Below are positions 23,968 to 32,083 of a stretch of 37,702 nucleotides of DNA, piece by piece. The notes below the pieces were generated by a model. That model was given only the letters and a program-made list of their open reading frames with translations, was not told where the DNA came from and made no database searches. Where the stretch lies: the IMG/VR virus record IMGVR_UViG_3300012931_000011, positions 1 through 37,702 of that record, one strand, 5' to 3'. Position 1 is the stretch's first letter, and each line of letters opens with the position of its first letter. The DNA comes from a virus. Position numbers and translations under genes: made by a program.

Positions 23968-24114
23968 TCATATAGGAGAATACCGAATTAAAATTAATTT
24001 GATAGCTTCTTCAAAATCATAGTTTGTATCAACAAGCGCCTTTTTGCAAATATGTATAGGCATATCAGTAATTTTATGCATATAAAAGGCAATATCTATT
24101 ATATCGTGGATCAT
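23968..24114 (-). CDS. Possible 48-aa ORF with an EF-Ts N-terminal/UBA-like motif
   Basis: ITDMPIHICKKALVDTNYDFEEAIKLI compares with E. coli EF-Ts [25 protein letters not shown] (from memory). No good SD. Below the size cut-off of the ORF track. Confidence 0.3.
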   Translation of the reverse strand: MIHDIIDIAFYMHKITDMPIHICKKALVDTNYDFEEAIKLILIRYSPI

Positions 24115-24259
24115 AGGCAAAAACCCCATGCCTGAGGAAATTGTGCAATGAGCTAGACATGGGGCCTTTCCAAAAAAGGATCTTTTTTAGGGATCTTATT
24201 TTCAATTTTATCATGAAACGATAATAAGAAAATAACTTGTTTGCGATAACGCTAATAAG

Positions 24260-25651
24260 CTACCTATATCTATCATAACGAGGATCAAAATCAAAAAAAG
24301 AAGGGATTCTATTACCATACAACGCCTCAGCTTTAGCCCTTTCGAATTCTTCTGGTGATAACCCTGCTTTTGTTTTGTGTAACGCCTGACACAGATAACG
24401 TAAAGCATCAGCACCATTGCTTGCCCAGTTATGTATAGGCTTATTAATAAACATTTGCTTGCTATCGTCCCATTCTTTTCTATAGTTCTCTAAAGCATCG
24501 ATCAGTCTTTTACACTTATTCTGATCTATCCATAGCTTATTGAAATGAGTCCATACATTCTCTATCCCATCCATTACACCAGTCTGTTCTAAAATAACAA
24601 ACTCAATACCCAACTGATGCGCTTTCTCATAACGGCTAACAGCACCACCGCCCCATTCGCGTACTTTTATGTCATGCGGAGCAAAGTGCGACCCATATTT
24701 GTATTCTTTGTCTTGTAACACACGAGCATAATGGTCAAGCCCTACGCCAGTATTCGAATAATAATCTATTACACGAATAAATGTTCCAGAATCTACAGTT
24801 TGAAAGAATATTATTGAAGTGGCGTCATTTACTCCTATATCCCAAGAAGTATATGTTAAAAGACCAGGATCATAAGGAACAGAAGTTATTTGATTGTTTA
24901 GACGAAGCTTATCAAGATAACGACCATAGATAGAACCTTCAATACCGCGCTCATACGATATCTCATATTCTTGAAGATAGAGCCCTTCGTCCATTTCAGC
25001 GCGTTCTTTATCGAGTACTTCGTCAGGGATATGATGAATCAAGGATGCTGGTTGTTCTACAACAAGCCAGTCAGGCAATTGCTGCGCTATTTTGTGTAAT
25101 TGATATTGATGGTTCTTACCACGTGGAGTGCCATTAACTATACACCAACCACCATTAGCAGCAAGAATAGGTCTAATAAAGCTAAATATATCTGAAGGCA
25201 TAAGGCTGTATTCGCTTAAAACAACGCCATAAGGATTGGTTCCTACGATAGAGGTATCATACGTATCACCACCAATTACCTGCAAAATAGAGTCATTTTT
25301 AAAGCGTATTTTCATATCTGTATGGTTAATAGCAGCTACCATTTCTGGAGGGACAAAATCTAAGAACTTTGTACCATCGATACTGATCGCATCAAAAATG
25401 CATTTTCTTGCCTGCTTGTAATTTGGGAGGACATAAAATACTAAGCATGTTTTCTTTAAGCATTGTCTTATAGCTAAGTTCCAACAAAGGATATCTTTAC
25501 CTGAACGTCGTGAAGCTACCAATAAGACACGTTTATATTGCCCTTTATCAATAGCATCCCATACTTTCTTCTGGTACCATCGTAATTTGAACTTATTGAG
25601 AACTATTTCCGTCTGTATATCCACTTTCTCTTCTTTCAAAATGGTTACCAT
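24260..25651 (-). CDS. terL: Terminase large subunit
   Basis: Walker-A-like VASRRSGKD. C-terminal RNase-H-like nuclease block TSWDIGVNDATSIIFFQ. Typical size of 463 aa. Confidence 0.85.
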   Translation of the reverse strand: MVTILKEEKVDIQTEIVLNKFKLRWYQKKVWDAIDKGQYKRVLLVASRRSGKDILCWNLAIRQCLKKTCLVFYVLPNYKQARKCIFDAISIDGTKFLDFVPPEMVAAINHTDMKIRFKNDSILQVIGGDTYDTSIVGTNPYGVVLSEYSLMPSDIFSFIRPILAANGGWCIVNGTPRGKNHQYQLHKIAQQLPDWLVVEQPASLIHHIPDEVLDKERAEMDEGLYLQEYEISYERGIEGSIYGRYLDKLRLNNQITSVPYDPGLLTYTSWDIGVNDATSIIFFQTVDSGTFIRVIDYYSNTGVGLDHYARVLQDKEYKYGSHFAPHDIKVREWGGGAVSRYEKAHQLGIEFVILEQTGVMDGIENVWTHFNKLWIDQNKCKRLIDALENYRKEWDDSKQMFINKPIHNWASNGADALRYLCQALHKTKAGLSPEEFERAKAEALYGNRIPSFFDFDPRYDRYR

Positions 25652-25964
25652 CACAGTTGTTAAATCTGCCGCCCCAACGATTGGCTGGATCTAACTGTTC
25701 CCATTTAATTCCTAAAGGCTCATAGAATTCATTTTTAATAAGATATTCATATTTATCGCTAAATAAATGGATATCTATAGCTAATCTTTTGCAATGAAGT
25801 GAATCTTTAATACCTGTTTTATTTTTGAAGTTCCAGAGCGCCTGCTCTTTTGTACGGAAAGCTTCCCCCAACGTATAAATAAGCCCTAAAGAATCAGCAT
25901 AATCAAGGAGCCGTTTGACATCTTTCGCAAAGAGATGTTGTTGGTTAACTATCATGCTTCTCAC
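25593..25964 (-). CDS. Peptidase M15 (VanY/L-Ala-D-Glu peptidase-like) endolysin
   Basis: Zn-ligand pattern SLHCKRLAIDIHLF ... WGGRF...DGNHFE. Confidence 0.8.
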   Translation of the reverse strand: MRSMIVNQQHLFAKDVKRLLDYADSLGLIYTLGEAFRTKEQALWNFKNKTGIKDSLHCKRLAIDIHLFSDKYEYLIKNEFYEPLGIKWEQLDPANRWGGRFNNCDGNHFERRESGYTDGNSSQ

Positions 25965-26271
25965 CCTTCAAACGACGTCTATAGACCTTTTTAGTCGGCT
26001 GGTTATAACATTCGACTATTGTTTCAGCCGCTTTTTTAACTGCCTCTTTTTTAAAGATCTCAGATGAATCTTCAAAACGTTTAGCCATGCTATTATAAAC
26101 AGCTTGGGATTCTTGTAGGCGATTATTTAAATCTTCGTTCTCTTCACGCAAAGTTTTTATCTGATCTTCTAAATGTCCGCTTCTCTCTTCTTCCCGTGCA
26201 AGGTCCATATACAAATCATTTATAATGAAATCGCATTCTGCATGGATATAGTCTCGTAACCATTTAAACAT
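25945..26271 (-). CDS. Coiled-coil hypothetical protein (108 aa)
   Basis: TAATG coupling to the upstream gene. Charged, heptad-like sequence. Confidence 0.5.
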   Translation of the reverse strand: MFKWLRDYIHAECDFIINDLYMDLAREEERSGHLEDQIKTLREENEDLNNRLQESQAVYNSMAKRFEDSSEIFKKEAVKKAAETIVECYNQPTKKVYRRRLKGEKHDS

Positions 26272-26783
26272 TAGTTACCCTTCTTAAATATCTTGTCCTG
26301 CTCTTCCTTCATTTGCTCTGCTGTTATAGTGTCAGGCTCTTTTAAAACAATAGTTATCGGCTGCTTACTCTCTTGGCTCTTATTTGCCCGCGCCGCCTTC
26401 CTATCTTCTATCTCTTCCCACTTTTTATCTAACGTCTCAATAGAGCGATAAACATTATTTGGATCATGTTTTATCGCAAATCGTTCCCTATTATCAGCAA
26501 GATATTGCTTCATCTCCTCATATGCTTCACCTATCACTTCATATTGTTTTGCCATTTGCATTAATCTACAACGACCAATTTTATAATTCTTACAAAACTC
26601 TTCTACCGTAAAATGCATATTGTTCTCAGACCACTTTTTCATGGTAAAAGCCAGTCTCTCTTTCCATGCTCCAACATCAGGTCTTAGCGTGTAAGCTTCC
26701 CAATCTAAAGTGTCCATCCAAGTTACATTTGTAGTAGATAATTCATTACTTTTTGTAGTTTTAGTAGTTTTCTTTTGCGCCAT
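26271..26783 (-). CDS. terS: Terminase small subunit-like protein
   Basis: HTH-like FTVEEFCKNYKIGRCRLMQMAKQYEVIGEAYEEMK, then a charged tail. Positioned upstream of TerL. Tentative. Confidence 0.5.
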   Translation of the reverse strand: MAQKKTTKTTKSNELSTTNVTWMDTLDWEAYTLRPDVGAWKERLAFTMKKWSENNMHFTVEEFCKNYKIGRCRLMQMAKQYEVIGEAYEEMKQYLADNRERFAIKHDPNNVYRSIETLDKKWEEIEDRKAARANKSQESKQPITIVLKEPDTITAEQMKEEQDKIFKKGN

Positions 26784-27175
26784 TATTTTAGTTCCGTAAT
26801 TATGAATTCAGTTCGTGGATTCTCATCATATCTTTTTTCCGTATAGCCATATCCGCAGACAATTCTATCATCTGTTATCGCTATCCCTTTAATAGCATCG
26901 AGCACGAATTTAATGCAATTATCCAAATCAGGGACGTCGGTATGGAACTCATATTTCTCTGGCTTCCTAACTAACTGTGGAAATGAAAAACAGAACAGCC
27001 AAGACACGCGTAGAGGCCCTTTAAACAACGGCTCATTCTCATGCTGGTTCTCTATCCATATCCCAAAATGTAACTTATCTTGTTTCTGCCTATCGTAGAA
27101 ATGGTGCCCATTGTGCCCAGGCCTTGCCCAGGCTACAGGATCTCCTGGTACCACATATTTTTTCTCTCTTAGCAT
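26783..27175 (-). CDS. rusA: RusA-family Holliday junction resolvase
   Basis: VPDLDNCIKFVLDAIKGIAITDDRIV matches the RusA catalytic block (E. coli [26 protein letters not shown]). Confidence 0.85.
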   Translation of the reverse strand: MLREKKYVVPGDPVAWARPGHNGHHFYDRQKQDKLHFGIWIENQHENEPLFKGPLRVSWLFCFSFPQLVRKPEKYEFHTDVPDLDNCIKFVLDAIKGIAITDDRIVCGYGYTEKRYDENPRTEFIITELK

Positions 27176-27187
27176 TCACGCTCCTTT

Positions 27188-28309
27188 TTAAGCGTACGCT
27201 ACCTCTCTATTCTTCAAGGCAGCTAACTTACTCTCTTCTTCAGCAAGCATACGCCTTAGCTCAGATTCGTTCAAGAACATGTTAAATTTGCCTTCAGACA
27301 AAATCTCTTGCGTATTTTTGATACTTGCTTCTAGCCTCTCAATTTCTTGCTGCTCTGTTAGAGATTTAGGGGCAACATAAACCTTGTAAGCCCCAGCATT
27401 AAATCTCACAGTTGTATCAAGGTGTTTTTGCGCTGTGGGGGGGGTCTGCGCAATAGGGGGGGTAATAAAGAAAGGATTCTTCTGCAAAAGTAAAGTATGA
27501 TCTTTCTTTCTTGATTTACAGTAAGAGACATACCAAGAAAGGTTGATGCCCCTTGAAAGCCCCTCTCTGAAGGTATATCTCCTACACATTGAGAAAATAA
27601 AACCAAACTTATCTTTAACAACCTCGCGTGTTTCACGCTTCTTTTTGAGGATTATCCAGCTCATAGATTTCAAGCAATACTGTAAAGTTTGAGCTGGAAA
27701 TTGAGTTAGCTTATAGAACTCATCCTCTGTAAACTTAAAAAATCTACTCAGCTTACCAATCAATTTCCTTCGTTGTGCGTAATCTTGATCTCGTTCTTCT
27801 TGTTTGGCTATCTCTATACAGGACTTTATACCTGTTTTTTGAAAAGCTTCACGCGCGCACGCGTGGTCGTCTTCTATATATAAACTATTAATATAAGATA
27901 TATTACTCTGTTGGACATTTTCAGACTGTAACAATTTAGCATCAAAGAAAACATTGGATTTCTCAACATCTTCTATATATTCTTCTCGTATTGTGAAGGC
28001 TTTGGAGTTCCAGGTGTAATTGTTAGGGGAAAACCTGTTTTCTTGGTTCTTAAAAAGAATAGCATCCTGGTGGAACTTAGTGACTGCCCTATAAACTGTT
28101 TTGCTAGAACAGTGACAAGCTGAAGCAATTGTACCATGCGTTAGCCTTGTATGGCCAAATCGATTATACCAACGTATATATCGCATGATATCTTTCTGTT
28201 TTTTTGTACAGGTTGTCAAATAAGAATCGTTAAATATTATTTCTTGGGGTGTTTGTAGAAATTTTTCTTGATTTTTTTGTAGGATGATGTAATTTTTTGA
28301 TGTTAACAT
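27188..28309 (-). CDS. Replication-initiator-like / HTH DNA-binding protein (373 aa)
   Basis: wHTH-like HGTIASACHCSSKTVYRAVTKF. Position between SSB and RusA, next to a 428-bp structured non-coding region. C-terminal coiled coil. Confidence 0.5.
   Translation of the reverse strand: MLTSKNYIILQKNQEKFLQTPQEIIFNDSYLTTCTKKQKDIMRYIRWYNRFGHTRLTHGTIASACHCSSKTVYRAVTKFHQDAILFKNQENRFSPNNYTWNSKAFTIREEYIEDVEKSNVFFDAKLLQSENVQQSNISYINSLYIEDDHACAREAFQKTGIKSCIEIAKQEERDQDYAQRRKLIGKLSRFFKFTEDEFYKLTQFPAQTLQYCLKSMSWIILKKKRETREVVKDKFGFIFSMCRRYTFREGLSRGINLSWYVSYCKSRKKDHTLLLQKNPFFITPPIAQTPPTAQKHLDTTVRFNAGAYKVYVAPKSLTEQQEIERLEASIKNTQEILSEGKFNMFLNESELRRMLAEEESKLAALKNREVAYA
27437..27462. repeat. G8 and G7 homopolymer runs (C8/C7 on the coding strand) inside the initiator-like gene
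   Basis: Read directly: 27437-27444 and 27456-27462. They encode TPPIAQ/TPPTAQ. Confidence 0.9.
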
Positions 28310-28576
28310 TTTTTTCCTGATGTTAATGGTTAAGCCTTAATTTGTTGCTACATATAAATCCGGGCGGATTGATAGATAGATATATAACAAAAACAAAGGC
28401 GAATTTCAAATTCATGATTAAGCACCATGCTTAGTCATTTTTTTCTCTCTTTTGTTAGAAGTGTAGCTTTGATTTTAAAGAGATGCAAATTTTTTAGTTA
28501 AGCAGTTAGCGTAACAAGATCTCAAAGACACGCTTCTAACATTAGAAAGATCGATCATTACTATCTTTCCTAGCAG

Positions 28577-28600
28577 TCCACGATTGTCGTGGATTTTTTA
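28577..28600 (+). terminator. Plus-sense hairpin TCCACGA-ttg-TCGTGGA followed by TTTTTTA
   Basis: Read directly inside the SSB/initiator intergenic region, antisense to the flanking operon. Confidence 0.4.
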
Positions 28601-28737
28601 TTGATTTATAAAATTTAAGTTGTTATCTTGATTTTAGATCATGCTACAATTTCCATAAAATAAACCTACTTGAAGAGTTTTAAATTCTTTAAGCAGGTTT
28701 ATTTATTGGTGTGTAAAATGAAGTTTCTATAGAACTA

Positions 28738-29133
28738 TTAAAAAGGATTCTCTTCAAAGCTTTTTTGATGGAAAGCATCAAGTTCACTATTTATATTCAT
28801 CTCTTTTGTGAACTCATCTGCTTGCGGCAACTCTAATGAGGTTATTTTATCAGCAGTTACTGAAGTAAACATCATATCTCCACCAGTTTTAACGCTTTTT
28901 ACTGTCCTGCATCTTATCCTTCCCTCTACAAGAATCGTTGCGCCTAGGCCAATTTTGTTCGCCTCTTCTAACGACTTGCCCCATAAACTGATTTCTAAGT
29001 AATTATCAGTTAACTTCCCTGAAATAGTTTGAGGGCAGTTGATAACTATGGTTCCTATCGCAGTACCATTATTAAGTTTTTTAGTAGTAGCTGGTTTTGT
29101 GATTGTACCAATTAACATAACTCTATTTAACAT
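28738..29133 (-). CDS. ssb: Single-stranded DNA-binding protein
   Basis: OB-fold-like N-terminus MLNRVMLIGTITK...LEISLWGK...ILVEGRI and an acidic tail ending EENPF. Confidence 0.75.
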   Translation of the reverse strand: MLNRVMLIGTITKPATTKKLNNGTAIGTIVINCPQTISGKLTDNYLEISLWGKSLEEANKIGLGATILVEGRIRCRTVKSVKTGGDMMFTSVTADKITSLELPQADEFTKEMNINSELDAFHQKSFEENPF

Positions 29134-29713
29134 CGCTAGCCCTTCTTGGTTGCGCTTTAATATAATTTAATACATTATCAAGTTCACTTTCTGGGAGATC
29201 ATCTATTTTATTTATTTTATGTTGTTGCAAGATCGAATTGAATATTTCTTTAGAATCTTTGCATTTCTTGAGCTCTTCTATAACAACATTTATTTGTTCT
29301 TTATCAATAAGGCTGAATTCCTCGCCTCCCAGCCCGCATAGACACAAAAGCGCCCCTTTTCTCGCATATGTTGTTCCACTATCCCTGCTTTGGTTAGTAC
29401 CTTTTTCATTAATATTATAACGAGTATCATGTACCCATTGTCCTGACAAAGAATGCCGCATCCGTGTACAAACTATTTCAGCACCATCTGACGAGAAGCA
29501 TATAGAATGTTGTACCGATATATTATTTTTGCCTAACTCTTCTATGCACGCATCATAGATACTAGTAATACTGGCATAATAACCAAAATTACCCTTGGTA
29601 TCTTTTACAGGATTCTTCATATTTAGCCTGGCTTTAATAAAAGCCTTATCAAATTCCCTCGTATCATCAGAACAAAATGTGCAATTGTTCTTTGTAAATG
29701 TATCTTCCATCAA
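29123..29713 (-). CDS. erf: ERF-family single-strand annealing protein
   Basis: FDKAFIKARLNMKNPVKDTKG..YYASITSIYDACIEELGKNNISVQ...HSLSGQW...GTTYARKGALLCLCGL fits the ERF pattern. Confidence 0.7.
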   Translation of the reverse strand: MMEDTFTKNNCTFCSDDTREFDKAFIKARLNMKNPVKDTKGNFGYYASITSIYDACIEELGKNNISVQHSICFSSDGAEIVCTRMRHSLSGQWVHDTRYNINEKGTNQSRDSGTTYARKGALLCLCGLGGEEFSLIDKEQINVVIEELKKCKDSKEIFNSILQQHKINKIDDLPESELDNVLNYIKAQPRRASDVK

Positions 29714-29922
29714 AGTAAATCCTCGTATTTCTCTACAAAATTCTTAATTTTATGGTACGTAGAATAAGCTTGCTGTATATCTTTACCATCTCTTACTCTT
29801 TTATATTGCGCAAGCAACGTTGGTTGTGAGATACCCAGTTCTTCAGCTAATTTGCTTTTAGTTATTAATCGTTTCTTACGTATAATCTCCATATCATTCA
29901 CATATTTAAAATATCCACCCAT
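29710..29922 (-). CDS. Cro/XRE-like HTH regulator
   Basis: ITKSKLAEELGISQPTLLAQY helix-turn-helix. First gene of the leftward operon at a divergent promoter region. Confidence 0.7.
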   Translation of the reverse strand: MGGYFKYVNDMEIIRKKRLITKSKLAEELGISQPTLLAQYKRVRDGKDIQQAYSTYHKIKNFVEKYEDLL

Positions 29923-29963
29923 ATCTTTACCCTCTGTTTATAGTTTTATACTATCATAATCTT

Positions 29964-30026
29964 ATTATATTCTATACAATTATTTTGTAAACATTTTATT
30001 GACATTATATTAAGATATATTAAGAT
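29964..30026. promoter_or_regulatory. Divergent early promoters. Leftward: TTTACA (29991-29986)-16 nt-TATAAT (29969-29964). Rightward: TTGACA (29999-30004)-16 nt-TAAGAT (30021-30026). Operator-like GTAAACATTTTATTGAC (29987-30003) spans both -35 boxes
   Basis: Read directly in the 151-bp gap between 29922 and 30074. Confidence 0.5.
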
Positions 30027-30073
30027 AAAGAAGGTTAGAAAATGTTATCATATAAAAAATTAGAAGGAAACAA

Positions 30074-30397
30074 ATGTTTTATCATATTCTCGAAATCGAA
30101 TTAACAAATGGGAACAAGATTATTGCTTTCAAAGCATCAGACCAAAATCTTGATTGGAAAATTGATGCGGGAGCAGGTGAAGGTTATTGTTACCAATTAA
30201 TGCTTGAAATAGCGGATTATTGCCAGTTTTTACCATTTAATATATTCACCAATCAATTGAATATTTGCTATGAACATAGTTTAGCAGATGTTTATATAAA
30301 AGACCGACACTTTGAAACAAAACTTATAAATAGAGATCATATTATATCAATATCTTCAGTAGATTATTTTGAAATAGAAGACGGCAAATATTATTAA
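30074..30397 (+). CDS. Hypothetical early protein (107 aa)
   Basis: SD aGAAGGAaacaaATG. First ORF of the rightward operon. Confidence 0.55.
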   Translation: MFYHILEIELTNGNKIIAFKASDQNLDWKIDAGAGEGYCYQLMLEIADYCQFLPFNIFTNQLNICYEHSLADVYIKDRHFETKLINRDHIISISSVDYFEIEDGKYY

Positions 30398-30422
30398 AAT
30401 TATATTTTAAAGAGTGAGTGAT

Positions 30423-30737
30423 ATGAAGAAAAAAACAATACGACAAACAATAGACCAGTTGGACTATAAAGTAAATGAAGCTGCTGCTGATTATAAAGAT
30501 CTTATGGATCAACTTGATACTTTTAGAGGGAGGCCGCTAGAAGAAAAAGATCAACAACAAATTAGAAAACTTGTAAATGATATACAAAATGTGTACCAAG
30601 AAATTAACGAAGTTGTGCATTTTGTTTCTTATAGATCTGAATGGGCAGCAAATATATCAGAAGTACATGCTGAATTCATTAAAATGCTTATAGATATGGG
30701 CGCTAAAGTTGTAGAAAATAGCGAAGGTAAGGCTTAA
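30423..30737 (+). CDS. Hypothetical early protein (helical)
   Basis: ATG at 30423 (alternative GTG at 30414). Confidence 0.55.
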   Translation: MKKKTIRQTIDQLDYKVNEAAADYKDLMDQLDTFRGRPLEEKDQQQIRKLVNDIQNVYQEINEVVHFVSYRSEWAANISEVHAEFIKMLIDMGAKVVENSEGKA

Positions 30738-30741
30738 CCAT

Positions 30742-30969
30742 ATGATCGACCAAAAAGAAGAAGATGAAAAATTAAAGCAATGGTTTATATCATATTGCAA
30801 GACATTAACACAAACTAAAAATGATATGTTCTATGTTGATATTATGCATAAGCTACAAACTTCAGATTTGAATGAAACATTACGCAATGGTCTAAAGCTT
30901 TGTAAAATGTTAGTAGAACAAGAAAAAAGTAAACAGTTCCTCAAAGAGATACAAGCATTACCTTTTTAA
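30742..30969 (+). CDS. Hypothetical early protein (75 aa)
   Basis: Tightly packed ORF in the operon. Confidence 0.5.
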   Translation: MIDQKEEDEKLKQWFISYCKTLTQTKNDMFYVDIMHKLQTSDLNETLRNGLKLCKMLVEQEKSKQFLKEIQALPF

Positions 30970-30981
30970 GAGAGAAGAATA

Positions 30982-31665
30982 ATGTTAGAAAATTTGCCTT
31001 TTAATCCTTATAGATCTGAAGCTGTAGATAAAGTATTTGGTGCATTAAGCAAAGCGCAAGGTACCTATAAAAAACCTCAATTAGATATGAAAAGTATTAG
31101 GGGACACTATAGTTCTTTATCTGCAATATTAGATTCTACTAGAGAAGCATTAGATGCTAATGGACTATCGTTTACGCAGAATACTTATTTGCTCGATGAA
31201 GGGTCTGGGGCAAAGTTGCTTATCAGCACATTAGGACACGAATCTGGGCAATATCTAGGAAGCTGCGAAAGAGTTGTTATAGGCAAGACTAAAAGGAGAA
31301 CAGGGAACTTATTAGAAACTGATAAAAGGTTACAAGCTTCTATGTTATTAGGCGTTGCCCCATCTTACTGTGACCCTTTCGCATTTGATGATGATGGCCA
31401 AGAAGTTGATGATGAAGAAGCTGCTGAGTCTGTCCGAAGAGGGAAAATAAAAATAGAAGATCCTACTGATACTATAAATACAACACAATATAATGAACTT
31501 TGCAGTGAACTTGAAGGGTACCCTGAATTGGCTGAGAATATAATAGAAAGCTATAATATTGACAGTTTATCTGATCTACCACGTGAAGAATATCATAAAG
31601 CTTGCGCTAGAATAAGAAAGATAAAAAAGGCTCAAGATGAATATAACCAAAGGAAAAATACTTGA
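30982..31665 (+). CDS. Second ERF-like protein (divergent paralogue of 29123..29713)
   Basis: VDKVFGALSKAQGTYKKPQLD...HYSSLSAILDSTREALDANGLSFTQ...GHESGQY parallels the N-terminal ERF block. The C-terminus ...YNIDSLSDLPREEY parallels ...HKINKIDDLPESEL. Confidence 0.6.
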   Translation: MLENLPFNPYRSEAVDKVFGALSKAQGTYKKPQLDMKSIRGHYSSLSAILDSTREALDANGLSFTQNTYLLDEGSGAKLLISTLGHESGQYLGSCERVVIGKTKRRTGNLLETDKRLQASMLLGVAPSYCDPFAFDDDGQEVDDEEAAESVRRGKIKIEDPTDTINTTQYNELCSELEGYPELAENIIESYNIDSLSDLPREEYHKACARIRKIKKAQDEYNQRKNT

Positions 31666-31871
31666 TGCTCGTACGCTTTGGACCTCCAACAAAATATGAT
31701 CATGCACCATATAAGACTATATGCAAAATAGTTAAAAATAATGATACTTGCGATGTCTATGTGCAATTATCGCAAAATGAAGAAGTACCTTTCTGGGACT
31801 TTGTAGGGGCATTTGAATTTATTTCGGATGATGATATAACTAAGAAGGTCTTTTTAGATAAAAAACTTTGA
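31662..31871 (+). CDS. Hypothetical early protein (69 aa)
   Basis: ATGA-type overlap with the preceding gene. Confidence 0.5.
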   Translation: MMLVRFGPPTKYDHAPYKTICKIVKNNDTCDVYVQLSQNEEVPFWDFVGAFEFISDDDITKKVFLDKKL

Positions 31872-31913
31872 TGATTTAACTCTGCTTATACGATAATTCC
31901 AGTTATCGTGTGT

Positions 31914-31946
31914 CCCTTACCTATCTTAGGTGAGGGATTTTGTTTT
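31914..31946 (+). terminator. Rho-independent terminator CCCUUACCU-aucuu-AGGUGAGGG followed by AUUUUGUUUU
   Basis: Read directly after the last rightward gene. Confidence 0.65.
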
Positions 31947-32030
31947 GTCAAATAGGATAAATCAAGTTGATTTTGTTGAACCAATGCATGTTTGTCTTAA
32001 AAGCGCATAAAAGCTTTATGGAAATAGAAG

Positions 32031-32058
32031 CAGTACAGCACCATACGGCACTGTACTG
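32031..32058. terminator. Inverted repeat CAGTACAG-12 nt-CTGTACTG between the convergent operons
   Basis: Read directly. Lies just downstream of the minus-strand gene ending at 32084. Confidence 0.4.
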
Positions 32059-32083
32059 AAAAGGAATAACAGAGAAATGGAGA

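Noticed and set aside
27406-27636. 76-aa alternative-frame ORF inside the initiator-like gene as an independent gene
   Set aside because: It has no SD or start context. It is relevant only as the frame entered after slippage at the C-tracts.
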